A stretch of DNA of 63,799 bases, filler included, from Folioceros fuciformis (GCA_049999805.1; 11 parts of 11 records of this genome joined end to end with filler, not necessarily neighbours in it), one strand, 5' to 3'; shown: positions 1 through 14,939, counted from the first letter of the whole stretch. The notes: generated from the sequence alone by a model not told the origin. Numbers and translations: made by a program.

Positions 1-3000
1 ACCCCCGCAGGCGAATGGCAACAGCGTTCTCGTTTGACTTGTAAATTAGCCTGCATTTAATTCCACTCCCGTCCATCATTGCGGCCATCTGCAGCCGCAG
101 GAGGAGGAGGCATTCACGGCCCCACCCACACACCAGTGTTGCAATTTTTGGAAAACGCATACATCCATATTACGGGCAATGGCTGGTGGCCGAACGTGCA
201 TTATGATATTTTTCCCAGCTGAAGTATTCTTCCATCACAATCTGGGAGAGGTAGTCGGCGCTCACCTGTCAAGTTCCTTTTCGGGACATCGGCGAAGCTG
301 CCATTGTCCATGGACACTGATTGCTCCGTCTTGTGTCAACCAGCCTAGCCTAGCCTGTCCTTGTGGCGGACTGAGATTCGTCTGTATTCTACTATAGCAT
401 ATGTGTGGAAGGAAGTGCAGCTGGCCTAATTCTGGTAATCCGAGGGTTTGGTGGCACTGGCTGGAGTTATGGCCTAGGGTTTGTGGTCTGAGGGATGGTG
501 GAACTTGTTGGCGCTTGTTGGTTGGTCTCTCAGGGGAAACTATTGTTCAATGTGCTAGCCTGCGGGGCATGCTTGCGTTAGTGTGCCCGCAACTTGATCC
601 GAGGCGGGCATACGAGTGTGAAGATGCAAGGTTTTGAGCTGCTGTATCGGTCGGTACTTGATCACGCAAGTCATTACTTGTTTTGCCAGGTCTCGGTATA
701 CTCTTTCTTTGCTGCTTTTGCAATTTGTCACCAAGCTGGATCGGGTGCAGGACGTAGTGTCCTGCGTTAGCTAGCTGCTTCGTTTTTCTTGAATTGTACT
801 GATATTGCAGCTGCACTGGTTTAAGCAGCTCCAGCTCTAATTTGCAACAGGGACTAGCCTCTCAGGCTGATCCCTGCTCTTTCTTCTTCTTACTGGCCTG
901 CTTGGATGTGCTGGAACGTTTTTGGAACTAAGGTCCTGCAAGAGGAGTTTTTTGAGTCTCGTCACGTCGGGTCGTTGACATCGTGGATTCTTAACAGCTT
1001 TCATTCGGACCAGAGCTCTAGCCGTGTCTTGACGTGATCCCTGTTTTACCGTAGACTGTTAATGTGGCAAGTAGAGATCGTGATCCCGTGGGTGGGATGT
1101 GTGTCCGAGCAGTAGTGCCATTTGCACTGCTGCCATCACCTTGGCCTCCCCTCCCACCTTGTTATTCTCTGGTGCCAGCTCTGAATACGTTGGCTGCAAG
1201 AAGACCCCAAATCTCTAGACCGGTGCATGCATGCCGTGCTGGTTTCCTTTAGTTCCTCTGCCTAGATTGTTGACGTTGCAGGTTGCAGTTGTGGATTCAA
1301 GAGCAGACGTGTGTCCAAAACTTGAGTGCGATTGGCATTACTTCAGTCACCAGGCGTCTTTTGCCTCCATGTCACTTTCTGGTTCTAGGCCTAAGCTGTT
1401 AGCCTGGGTATGGAGGGCAAAGTCTCATAAATCCAGGTAGGGTCATCGAAGCTGTCACTATCAGGTGGTAGTCTTGGGCTGACCTTCAGGAACTAGGATA
1501 TAGCGGTTCCCAAAAATTCTGTGCTGATGTATGATAGCCAGCCCGCCTACACTGCTTTCTTGTTCTCGTGGTAAAGCACATGCATCCTCAATGACTTGCA
1601 GACAGGTTAGAATTGTCACTAACGCCTATGTCATTCGTTTATGGGCTATGCTGCCGAAACCTCGTTTGCTGCTAGCAGTGCCGGTTGTTTCTATACTTCG
1701 TACTGTCTGGAGCAATCGCTTCTTCTCAGACTATGGATTGTGCAGCACAGTGATCCGTAACTGAACATGCTTAATCGTGGTTGTAGGTTGTCTTCAGGCA
1801 AAAGTGCTAGTTATGACTTGGTGAATTCGATTACAACGTCAATCTTTTAATTTTATGGCTGTAGTAGGGAATGTTGTCTTGTAACTTCCCAATACAAACC
1901 TGGCATACGACACGTGTAGCTTCAGTTCTAGCGTTCCTGGTTGTAAGCACATACGTAGTAGGGCTGGATGCACAGTCTGAGACTTGGTGCTCTTCTGGCT
2001 ATTTATTGTCTACCTTTAAGCAGCATCGAAGTGGCCTTTGAGCGCAATCTTCCGAGGGTATTTGATGGGCGCATGAGTGTCAAATGCCCGTAGTCCGGAA
2101 CTTCGAGTTGCAGCTTCTAGATGCTGCGCAAACTTGGCGATGATCAAGTGGTCTGTCACGGTCGTCAGTGTAGACGTGGCAGACCGTTCGACAGAACTGG
2201 CGATGGGGCTTGCAGGTGCAGAGATTATTTTTAGGTCATCCAGGGTTCGTGCACAATGTGTGCAGGGAACAGGTTTTTGGAGGGATGGTCCAAGTTTTGT
2301 GCGTTGATATCAGCATTTTGTTTGTAGCGTGCGGACGAAAGACGATTTTGGAAGCCTTCGGTGACACCATGATGCAGTATGTTATGCTAGAGAACTAGCA
2401 GAGATGCCCACACTGCATGTCAGGAGTGTCTCCCAAGTTCTGTACCAGCAGCAGTACACAGGGTTTCTTGAATTGGCCGCCGTCGAACATACACAGCAGG
2501 CAGGCGCATTATCTCGGACAATGGAACCTCAAGTTTTCTCAGAGAATCTTTGCAAACCTTTGAAGCCCGGACCGGGCAATCGAGGTCTTTTGTGTCTATA
2601 CTCTATCTCGGAGGGGAGAAGACGGGTCCTTCAATCCTTGCAGAGATGGAAAGGACGACCGATACTTGAGACTCACGGTTGCAGAGTTATGAAGCCTGAG
2701 GTCCGAATCCTGTCCTTGCATCATCGAAAGGCAGGATGCGTGCCTCGCCGGGCACGCTTACGTGACTGTGCCGGGCCTGTTGCTTGGATTGTGGTACTGA
2801 GCACGCCCTCCCAGGAGAGCACAATCTGTCTGGAGAGGCGGCCTAGTTGTGGCTCCTCGGAGCCTGTAATAAGGTACCGTCTACCTGATCCTCGCCTTCC
2901 CTGTATTGAAAGCCTCGTCTACAGGCCCTATGCTACGTACATTGGTGAAGGTGAAGCTGCCACGGTTTCTTTTCCTCCGTGACCAATCCGGACACGTATC

Positions 3001-4218
3001 TCTCTGTCTGCCCGTGGCCCCTGAACGGATTTCACTGCGGCTCGCCTTGGACAGGGCGGAACATGAGAGCCAGGAGCACCCAGTTGGCAACGCTGTTCCC
3101 ACCATGAAGACAGCGTCACATGGTGGGCTCCGGGAGAGCCAAGGGCAGGGCATAGCGAGCACTTTTGGGACTTGATTCCATCCTCCTCGCTCTCCTGCTG
3201 GCTGGGGACTCATTATAAGAGCTGGCGTTGGGAAGCCCAGGCTATCCTCAATATTCCCACTCTGCGGAAGCCAGCATCGTACCAACCTCGTCAGCGCGGG
3301 GCCTGTCCTGGCCAGGCTGCACAGCACAGCTGTGACATGGGAAGTAATAAGCCAGGCCGCCCCGTGTGCTCTGACATCTGATAACCACGTCGGATGCTGT
3401 GCTGCGCTGGCAGATTGGTTCTTCCACGCTCACTCGTTCTTGCAGATTCCGTGTTTCAATGCGCACTTCTCGTTCTCTCACGGTCGAGTCAGACATCGGC
3501 ACAGCCCGCATGTTCGTTCGTTGAAACCTTCATCATCTCTCACGATTTGTGCCAGCCGTGAGTCTGGCTCAGTAATCAGCAGGCTGGGGCTATAGGCGGG
3601 AAGTGGCCTCCATCATTTCCTGGCAACAACGTACAGACATGCAACACACCCTGGACATGTACGTGTGGACCATCTTCCGTCCCTGTGCTGGCAGTCCGTC
3701 CACCTTGCCTCTCACTCAAGCACTCACCAGAATCCACAGGGCTACTAAATGCCAAGGGACCCTCAACCTAACTTGCCCAAAAAGGAACCGCAGATGGGAT
3801 GTTCGATGAGTGTCTGTGACACTGTCTGTCAGTTGGGCCGCAAGCATCCATCGCCATCGCCATCGTAGGCATCCCCCTCATGTTCTGGCATTAGATTTTG
3901 GCATCAGTGAGAATCCGGCTTCTCGTGACTCGACTCGTGGGTCGGTGCAAAGAGTGACTCCTGCATGGTGCCATTCCCCCGCCAGGCTCCAAGATGCATA
4001 TACATGTGTTGCCAACCTGCTTGCCCTCAAATTTACGGCCCTGTATGCAAAAGCGTGTCCAGCCATGGAGATCGTCACAACGTAGGGTAACCTAGTTTTA
4101 GACAACCTAACAAGGCACATGTATTAGCTAACAACAAATATACCTACCTAGCAAGTTAAGATCTCATAAAGTAACTGAATATATATGGACACCTCTACAA
4201 CCTATATAGAGGTGTGTG

Positions 4219-5001
4219 ATGGAAGGTGTTGCTTCATCAACTTCTGAACTTCCAATCGATACACCTGGTGATCCCCTAGTTCCTATCATTGAGCTGTCAA
4301 TCACTTTGCGGGCAGCCCGCAAGAAGGCAAGGGACTTTCGTCGTCGCTTGTCTCATCTTGCTGGTGAGCTTGCCCGCGAAAAAGAAAAATCCGCTCACCT
4401 TGAAGATGAAGTTTTGAGGGAGAGAAATCAATCGGCTACTCTTTTAAGGGAACTTGACGCTAGTAGGCAAAGGCTACATCAAGCTCAATTGCCCCTTCCG
4501 AGACAAATTCTTGTTGGAGACATAGGGTATCTGAATGATAGGATTAGTTATGTGGAAGCAGCACTGGAATGGTTACGGAGGCAAGAAAAGGTTCCTAACG
4601 AGTGTTCAATATGCATAGAGCACTATGATCATCTATCCAAAATAGTGAACATTCCTGGATGTGGTCATCAGTTTCATTTTGAATGCATTGAAAGATGGAG
4701 CTCAACCTTCTTGCCAAATGAAGCCACGGAGTGCCCATCATGTCGCCAACCATTTTCTTTGAAGGATGTAGCCCCTGCTGCTTGGCTTCCTCCTTTAGAA
4801 CATCCTCCTCTTGAATACGAACCTTCTTACATAGGCCCACAATTACCTCCAGCGCCCTTTCCAGACAATCAAGTGCCTTCATCCCATCAAACAATGCAAA
4901 TGTTACCTCTATTACCATCTCCAAACTTAGCTAGACAATCTTCTAGGGAAAGACGTTCAGAAGCAGTGGGATCTGATGCTTCATCAACAGTTGGAGATTA
5001 A
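4219..5001 (+). CDS. Intronless coiled-coil + RING-H2 zinc-finger protein (putative E3 ubiquitin ligase)
   Basis: ATG at 4219, open to 5001. CSIC-x15-CGHQFHFEC-x3-W...CPSC fits the C3H2C3 RING-H2 pattern. It has a heptad-like charged N-terminal half and a Pro-rich tail. Confidence 0.7.
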   Translation: MEGVASSTSELPIDTPGDPLVPIIELSITLRAARKKARDFRRRLSHLAGELAREKEKSAHLEDEVLRERNQSATLLRELDASRQRLHQAQLPLPRQILVGDIGYLNDRISYVEAALEWLRRQEKVPNECSICIEHYDHLSKIVNIPGCGHQFHFECIERWSSTFLPNEATECPSCRQPFSLKDVAPAAWLPPLEHPPLEYEPSYIGPQLPPAPFPDNQVPSSHQTMQMLPLLPSPNLARQSSRERRSEAVGSDASSTVGD

Positions 5002-5324
5002 ATATCATCAAAACTATCTACTTATGAAATTATCCAACGTATTATTATAAGTGCAGAATGTAGCTTACTAACATCTTTTATGGAACAATCACTTGTTCCA
5101 CACATTGTGTTCTTTGAGGGCTCAAGTAAGTTTCACAAGCATGGTGTAATAGCTTTATAAATTAATGAGCTCCCTAAGCCACTTGTGGCATGCACCTTTG
5201 AGCTTTAAAGTATGAGATTAGTGATTGCAGAGTTGTGTTTGATGATAATACAATCTCGATTGAATTCATAATGCATACGCTTGAAGAATAACTCGAGCCT
5301 AGCATTTATCACACCACAAACAGA

Positions 5325-6522
5325 ATGGTATGTGCATAATGTATGATACATGTTCACATAAGTTTTATTTTATTTGGTTGTACGTTTTTAATGTTCTCCT
5401 TCATTGTATGACTTTGATGAAAGAACATTATTATCATTATAGGCCAAAAAGGGAAAAGGAAAGAAATCTAACGCATCAGATTCAGGAGATGAGAAAAAAG
5501 GCAAGAAGGGCAAGAAAGGCTCTTCTAAGAAGGCCCCGGAAACACTAGAGATACCACCAGAGCCATTCCATCCTGAATTCCCACATTTGCCTGTTAACTA
5601 TAATCCATTAGTTCCAGGCATAGTGGGTATGCCAGCATGTTATAAGCCCAAGGCTCTAGGTTTTCCAAAATTTCCAATAGGCTATGTCATAAGGATACCA
5701 CCACCACCTGAAGAACCTCCCAAAGTAGTTGTCAAAATAGTAGCTAAGAAAAAGGAAAGAAAATCTGGAAAAATGATGTCCAAACAAGAAAAAAAAGCTG
5801 CAAGAAAGGCCGAGTTGGGTAATTATCAATGCTTTTGTTTGAAGAATTCATGCTATACACATGCAATGAAAGAATGTATCTTGTAAACAAAACATTTAAC
5901 TTGGGTATGGTTTCCAATTTTGCAAACAGAAAAGTTAAGGGAAGAAGCTAAGAAGGCCGAAGAAGGTCTCCTTATGAGTTTTTAAACTTCTTGTGTATAA
6001 TGTAAATTTATAAATGATAAAATATTTATAAATTTTTGTTGAAAACTGTATTGTCTAGAAAGATTAAAGCTAGAAGCTGAGGAGGTCAAACGATTTGAGG
6101 AAGAGATGGTGATAGCATGGACTCTTGAAGAACAAAGATTAAAAGAAGAAGCTGAACGTATAGCTCAGGAACATCAATCCATGGAGCCCTTTTACACAAG
6201 GAAGAGAGAAGGGATTATGGAGCAAGAGAAAGAAATGTCTCAATTTTATGAAGTACGTTGTTACAAATATTTCATACACACTCACATGCCTTTGATTATT
6301 TGGTCAAGAGTCATATCATATAATTTGAGTACTTCCAAATCACAAGAATCTTACTTTCAAAATCCCTATACCCTAATATGAAGTTTGCATAGTGGCATAG
6401 ATATTTGGAAAGCACAAGATTACCTTATGCAACAAATGAGGGCACTATTAATAGCTTTTTGGATGAATTGGCTAATGGCTATGATAAAGATATGGCATCT
6501 TCGATTGCAACATGTGAAGATG
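5325..6522 (+). CDS. 5' part of an IC97/CFAP94/DNAI7 (CASC1)-like axonemal dynein intermediate chain; truncated by contig end
   Basis: Phase-consistent GT-AG model: 5325-5327 (ATG), 5443-5818, 5930-5965, 6059-6252, 6393->6522. It reads MAKKGKGKK...KQEKKAARKAELEKLREEAKKAEEERLKLEAEE...EWHRYLESTRLPYATNEGTINSFL. A Lys-rich start, a charged coil and then EWxRY...P...xNxF resemble the Casc1 N-terminal region (from recall). Confidence 0.6.
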
Positions 6523-6622
6523 NNNNNNNNNNNNNNNNNNNNNNNNNNNNNNNNNNNNNNNNNNNNTTAATTAATTAANNNNNNNNNNNNNNNNNNNNNN
6601 NNNNNNNNNNNNNNNNNNNNNN
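6523..6622. other. Artificial contig linker (N44-TTAATTAATTAA-N44)
   Basis: The same 100-nt linker, with stops in all six frames, recurs at 17399-17498, 25435-25534, 30321-30420, 37845-37944, 44504-44603, 47880-47979, 52511-52610, 58458-58557 and 62473-62572. Confidence 0.98.
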
Positions 6623-6861
6623 TATATATATATATTAATCATAACCTTAATCACTCTTACCACTAATTAGTACAAACTCAATAAGTTGGATTAGCACTAA
6701 TTAATCTCAACATTAATCATGCTCAACAAGAACAAGAGCACTATAACAAGGCTCTTAAACTCAAATAAAAAAGAAAATCACAAAAACAACACAATACAAG
6801 TGAAGAGGGAGTTAGACTGCATATACTCTCTTTTGAGCATGGCGGGGGTGACATCTCAACA
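6623..6861. mobile_element. Nested/scrambled fragments of the same LTR family as 13571-13981 and 14441-14815
   Basis: 6623-6728 is the reverse complement of the LTR 5' part. About 6729-6827 is the reverse complement of an LTR internal part. About 6828-6861 is the forward LTR 3' end (ctcttttgagcatggcgggggtgacatctcaaca). Confidence 0.85.
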
Positions 6862-7410
6862 AAAAACCCTACAGAAACCTACACACCTACTATGGCCAAA
6901 AACCTTACAGAAACAGAAACCTACACACCTACTATGGCCAAAAACCTTACAGAAACAGAAACCTACACACCTACTATGGCCAAAAACCCTATAGAAACCT
7001 ACACACCTACTATGGCCAAAAACCCTACAGAAACCTACACACCTACTATGGCCGTAGGTCAAGCCTATAGCCGTTGGTCAAGCCTATAGAAGAAACCTAC
7101 ACACCTACTATGGCCGTAGGTCAAGCCTATAGAAGTCAACTTGTCTACCTTCGAAGTCAACCTGTCTACCTTCTTAGCAATTCTACTCCTCCTAGCACGA
7201 ATAATAGGGGTGACATCTCAACAAAAACCCTACAGAAACCTACAATAATAGGGGTGACATCTCAACAAAAACCCTACAGAAACCTACACACCTACTATGG
7301 CCGTAGGTCAAGCCTATAGAAGTCAACCTGTCTACCTTCTTGGTCAATCCTATAGAAGTCAACCTGTCTACCTTCTTAGCAATTCTACTCCTTCTAGCAC
7401 GAATAATAGC
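6862..7410. repeat. Tandem/compound repeat (36-42-bp unit aaaaaccctacagaaac[agaaac]ctacacacctactatggcc, plus re-iterated LTR end)
   Basis: Near-identical units are visible by eye. The LTR terminus ggggtgacatctcaaca recurs near 7207 and 7251. Confidence 0.85.
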
Positions 7411-8218
7411 ATAGAAGAGGCATGACAAGAAGAGAAGGAAGTTGAGGGAGCAGATGTTGACTGGATGGAAGAAGACTTGCGCAATAACAATTAGACACAT
7501 CCAAAGCTCAAGTGGAGTCTCAAAGAAGTGCATAAATTCTCCAGGGAGGAGCTTTGTCAACTTTAAGAGAGGATTAAGGAGCATGTGGAAGAACTTAACA
7601 AGGAGATTGCATGTCAGCTTGCAAAATGTTTACTTGCACAACAAGTTCAACTAGACAAACCTGCCAAGGACTTTTCAAATCATGACACAGCTTCAGTTTT
7701 TGGCTCTAGGCCTCTTGCTCAAACAACACCTCATCAACGCCTACTTCCTATGAGACATGTGCCTCCTACTCAACCTTTTGTGCTGGCTTACTAGCCATTG
7801 CTCCTAACTAAATGAGCCACCCTTGTCTATTTAGGAGACATTGGATTCAACTTATAAGAGATTCAAGCAAAAACAACATAGGCTTGAGCTTCTACATAAA
7901 TGCAACAATCACAACACTATCAAGCCCTTTGCAATATAATCTCTTAAATCAACATTAGTTTGATCTCTTTTATTAAGAGAGTTCGCAAAATTGAGTCCAT
8001 CTTGGAGTCTTCATGGTTTGTGGATGTTGTGCTTTATCTAGACCCCCACTCCTAAGCAATATAATAGGCACTGGCTAAAGCTATATATATGATGACAATA
8101 GTGGCAAGCGAGCATGATAGGAGAGGTGGTGTTAGCGACTCCAATGGTAGGTAAACCCATGCTCCATGATACATGATATATGGAGGTGCTATCGGTAGTT
8201 TTTATGTTCTACGACTTC

Positions 8219-8416
8219 AAGGGGCTAGTCTCGGTAGCCTTTGGTGGTTTATCTTTAGATCAGTTTCTTGATCCCAAGGTGCTAGTCCTAGTAGCCTTTG
8301 GTGGTTTACCTTTAGACAGGTTTCTCGATCCTAAGGGGCTAGTCCCGGTAGCCTTTGGTGGTCTTCAGAGCGGTTTCTCGATCCCAACCTGCTGCGCCCA
8401 AGGACGCCCGTGCTAG
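8219..8416 (+). repeat. About 57-bp tandem repeat (3+ copies) ending in a possible Helitron 3' terminus
   Basis: The unit ggggctagtcccggtagcctttggtggtttatctttagatcagtttctcgatcccaa is repeated. It is followed by an imperfect GC hairpin (gcgcccaaggacgc) and CTAG|T at 8413-8417. The Helitron reading is tentative. Confidence 0.55.
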
Positions 8417-8942
8417 TATCCCGAAGTGAATTGACGGAGTAGCCCACCGCGTCAGAGCTGCGCGCGCTGGTCTCTCAAATGAATTGGCGAGGTGTCTGAC
8501 CGCTGCGTTCAATTACTTGGTCAGACAATTGTGGGATACGCTAGAATGTAGGAGAATCATGATAATAAATCCGTCATAAGATGCTAACATGTAAGCACAT
8601 TTTACATATACACAGGGAAGTCTATGCGCCGAGACGGCAAATGAGCTGCAAGCCTGGCGCAAAATCTTCTACTTCAGACAGACCACTTTAGGGCTCACGC
8701 AGCCACACTACTAGGAAAACTCTGCTGCTGTACTTCTGGATCGGTAGTGACGAATGCTACACGTTAAAATAAAAGCCTTCACGTGTACGGCTCCAAAGAC
8801 AAATGACAGACGGCAGACTCTGCTCAATGGATACGCTCTGATGATGTAGGACCACAAAGAGCAGCATACACAAAGAGCAGCATATGGACCGTTCCTGCCA
8901 CTATCCAGCCAACCATAATTGTACCATATCTACGCAGCAACA

Positions 8943-11510
<2,568 letters not shown>

Positions 11511-12009
11511 TTAGCGTATACGTCCAACTTTTCTATATCGACCGACAGCTGGAGTCATTCCGCTGCCACCTGCCATGCCGTGCGGGCAACTCTCGGTGGC
11601 CCAGGGGAGGGTTAGGGATTATGTCCGATTTGTTTTGGAGGTCGGTTTTCTATATGTATCTATATATATTATAATATACAGTTGAGAGAGGATAGTAAGT
11701 GAGGAGTGAAAAAGGATGTTAAAATCTTTGGGAAAAAGAAGTAAGGATGTTAAGAATCTTATGGGACAAGAAATAAGGATGTTAGAAATTTTTAAGGAAA
11801 AAAAATGTTAAGAATCTTGAGAGAAAAGAAATAAGTTAAAATGGTTTTGTTAATACGAGAGCACGTCTAAAATTGCAACAGTTTGTTAGCACATACTATG
11901 GTAAGTAGGAGAGTAGGTCTAAAATTGCTACACAATGTAAGCATCTCATGTGGTAAGTTGGTATCTACTATTGTAAGTCAGTGTTTGCGTGCGGATCAGT
12001 GCTTCGATG

Positions 12010-13570
12010 GAGTGCTTAAAGGAAAGGATGCCATGCTTAAAGGAAAGGAGCAAGTAACTAGGTGTACCATGAGCCATTACTTATACCAAGCAAGTAGCTA
12101 GGCATACCATGAGCCATGATCCGTACCAAACAAGTAACTAGGTATACCAAGAGCTATGATCCGTATAGAGCAAGTAACTAGGTATACTATCAGCAATGAT
12201 TAGTACTTAGATGAGTACCTATAGGGATTGATGCTTAGATAGGGTGCTTAAAGGGAAGGATGTATATTGGAGCAAGTAACAAGGTATACCATGATTAGTA
12301 CTTAGATGGGTGCCTAAAGCAAAGGATGCCCGTTGGAGCAAGTAAAGTAACCAGGCATACCATGAGCCTTGATGTATTCTTAAATGGTGCCTAAAGTGAA
12401 GGATGCCCATTGGAGCAAGTCATTAAGTATACCATGAGCCATGAATGGTACTTAGATGGGTGTTTAAAGGAAAGGATGATTGGAGCTTAGATGGGTGCCT
12501 AAAGGGAAGGGTATCTTTTATAGCAAGTAACTAGGTCATGAGATTGATACTTAAATAGGGTGCCGAAAGGGAAGGATGCCCTTTGTAACAAGTAACTAGG
12601 CCATGAGATTGACACTTAAATAGGGTGCCGAAAGGGAAGGATGCCCTTTGCAGCAAGTAACTAGGTACTTAGATGGGGTGCCTAAAAGGAAGAATTCTCT
12701 TCGGAGCAAGTAACTAGGTCTACCATAAGCCATTATTGATACTTAGATGGGTGCCCTTTGCTATAACTAGGTCATAAGATAGGTACTTAGATAGGGGGCA
12801 TAAAGGGAAGGGATGCCTTTGGAGCCAGTAACTAGGTACTTAGATGGGGTGCCTAAGGGGAAGGATGTTCTTCGTAGTGAGTAACTAAGTACTTGGATGG
12901 GGTGCCTAAAGGTAAGGATGCCCTTGGAAGCAAGTAACTAGGTCTACCATAGTATAAGTTGTTAAGTACCAAGTCACTATAGGGAAGGATGCCTTTGAGG
13001 GAAAGATGCCCTTTGGAGCAAGTAGCTAGATACACCATAGTATAAGTTATTAGGTACTAAGTTCCTGTACTTAGATGGGATGATATGCCCTTTGGAGCAA
13101 GTATCTAGGTCTACTATGAGACAGGAGATTGGTACTTAGATGGGTATCTAAAGCAAAGGCTACCCTTTGCAGCAAGTGACTAGGCCATTAGATTGATACT
13201 TAGATGGGGTGCTTAAAGGGAAGGATGCGCTTTGAGGGAAAGATGCCCTTTGGAGCAAGTAGCTAGGCCTATTATGAGCCATGAGATTGATACTTAGATG
13301 GGGTGGCTAAAGAGAAGGATGCCCTTTGCAACAAGTAACTAGGTCATTAGATTTATACTTAGTTGGGGTGGCTAAAGGGAAGGATGGCCTTTGCAATAAG
13401 TAACTAGGCCATGAGATTGATACTTAGATGAGTGTCTAAAGGGAAGGATGCCCTTTGGAGCAAGCAACTAGGTCTATCATGAGCCATGAGACCATAAGAT
13501 AGGGTGCCTAAAGAGAAGATGCCCTTGGAGCAAGTAACTAGGTCTACCATGGTATCAGTTATGAAGTTCT
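12010..13570. repeat. Degenerate satellite-like array, unit about 60-75 bp
   Basis: Many imperfect copies of gtacttagatggggtgcctaaagggaaggatgccctttggagcaagtaactagg(...ccatgagattgat). Confidence 0.9.
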
Positions 13571-13981
13571 TGTTAAGCATGATTAACGTTGATATTAATT
13601 AGTGCTAATCCAGCTTATTGAGTTTGTACTAATTAGTGGTAAGAGTGATTAAGGTTATTATTTATATATATATATATATATAGCTTATTAGACTTTGCTA
13701 TGTTGTGCAAAAGAAGTATTGTAGGGTTTGGTTGGGGTCATTTATCCCATATTGGGCACGAAATGAGAGTGCCACCCATAGGTCCATAAAAGAAGGGATG
13801 AACCCACTTAGTATATGTAGTCTAACTCCCTCTTCACTTGTATTGTGTTGTTTTTTGTAATTCTCCTTTTTATTTGAGTTTAAGAGCCTTGTTATAGTGC
13901 TCTTAGTTTTGAGATTCTGCATCTTGCTTCAACTAACTTGTTTTAACCTCCTTTGACCATGGCGGGGGTGACATCTCAACA
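13571..13981. mobile_element. Solo LTR (411 bp) with 5-bp TSD GTTCT
   Basis: Starts TGTTAAG and ends CTCAACA (TG...CA, short inverted ends). It is flanked by gttct at 13566-13570 and 13982-13986 and has an internal (TA)n run. Confidence 0.9.
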
Positions 13982-14440
13982 GTTCTAAGTCCATAATGTG
14001 AAGGATGCAATTAGATCAATACTAGTAGATAGGATGGATGTGGATAGAAAACCCCAAGACTAAGAGGTTCCCATGTAGTGGTCACACCCATTGTTGCTGT
14101 AACCATCCCCTAGTCCGACCCCGTGAGTGCAAGAGCTATCTTCATTGATTGTCGATGAACACCCATGATCGCAAAAATTCCAAAGCAAAGGGTGGAGTGG
14201 TTATCCTTAGATAGGGAGAACCCCTCCCTTGAAAATGAGCATAGAAAAAAGACCGCAAGAGTGGAGTTCGAAAGTGCCACACCAAAACTTGTTTGCTTTC
14301 AACAATTGCACACCAAGATGAGCAAACCTAGCCCATCTTATAATCCTAGACTACCAAGTATTCTAAACTAGCTTTCAAAACATTGATGTTGTCATTAAGA
14401 CAAAAACATGGTAAAGGTCTCCTAGTGACCTGGTCCAGCT

Positions 14441-14815
14441 TGTTAAGCATGATTAATGTTGAGATTAATTAGTGCTAATCCAGCTTATTGAGTTTGTACT
14501 AATTAGTGGTAAGAGTGATTAAGGTTATGATTAATATATATATATATATAGCTTATTAGACTTTGTTATGTTAGGCAAAAAGGTATTGTAGGGTTTGGGG
14601 TCATTTATCCCATATTGGGCATAAAAGAAGGGATGAACCCACCTAGTATTTGTAGTCTAACTCCCTCTTCACTTGTATTGTGTTGTTTTTGTAATTCTCC
14701 TTTTTATTTGAGTTTAAGAGCCTTGTTATAGTGCTCTTATTTTTGGGATTTTGCATCTTGCTTCAACTAACTTGTTTTAACCTCTTTTGAGCATGGCGGG
14801 GGTGACATCTCAACA
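14441..14815. mobile_element. Solo LTR (375 bp), same family, with 5-bp TSD CAGCT
   Basis: Highly similar to 13571-13981 with TG...CA ends. It is flanked by cagct at 14436-14440 and 14816-14820. Confidence 0.9.
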
Positions 14816-14939
14816 CAGCTAGGGTAAGATCAACAATTTCTAAATCTAGTAGATTTATGAAACATGCAGTCCTCTTGCTATCTATGCCCATGCTATCTAT
14901 GCCCACTAGACATAGTGTGAGAGTGCCACCTCCTCCTTA

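Noticed and set aside
1..4085. Short ORFs including the 192-aa ORF at 2404-2982
   Set aside because: No recognisable motif or consistent exon chain. They are compatible with chance ORFs, though a diverged gene cannot be excluded without BLASTx.
6567..6578. Recurrent TTAATTAATTAA as a biological motif
   Set aside because: It is always centred in N44 runs, so it is a synthetic six-frame stop linker.
8428..8465. SSU rRNA fragment (gaattgacgg)
   Set aside because: Only about 10 nt match, and the flanks do not continue the rRNA sequence.
14245..14320. tRNA gene on minus strand (TTCGAAC B-box-like motif, T-run)
   Set aside because: No cloverleaf, A-box or anticodon stem could be built.
13571..14815. 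Single TRIM element (LTR-internal-LTR)
   Set aside because: Each LTR has its own distinct TSD, and no PBS or PPT is evident between them.
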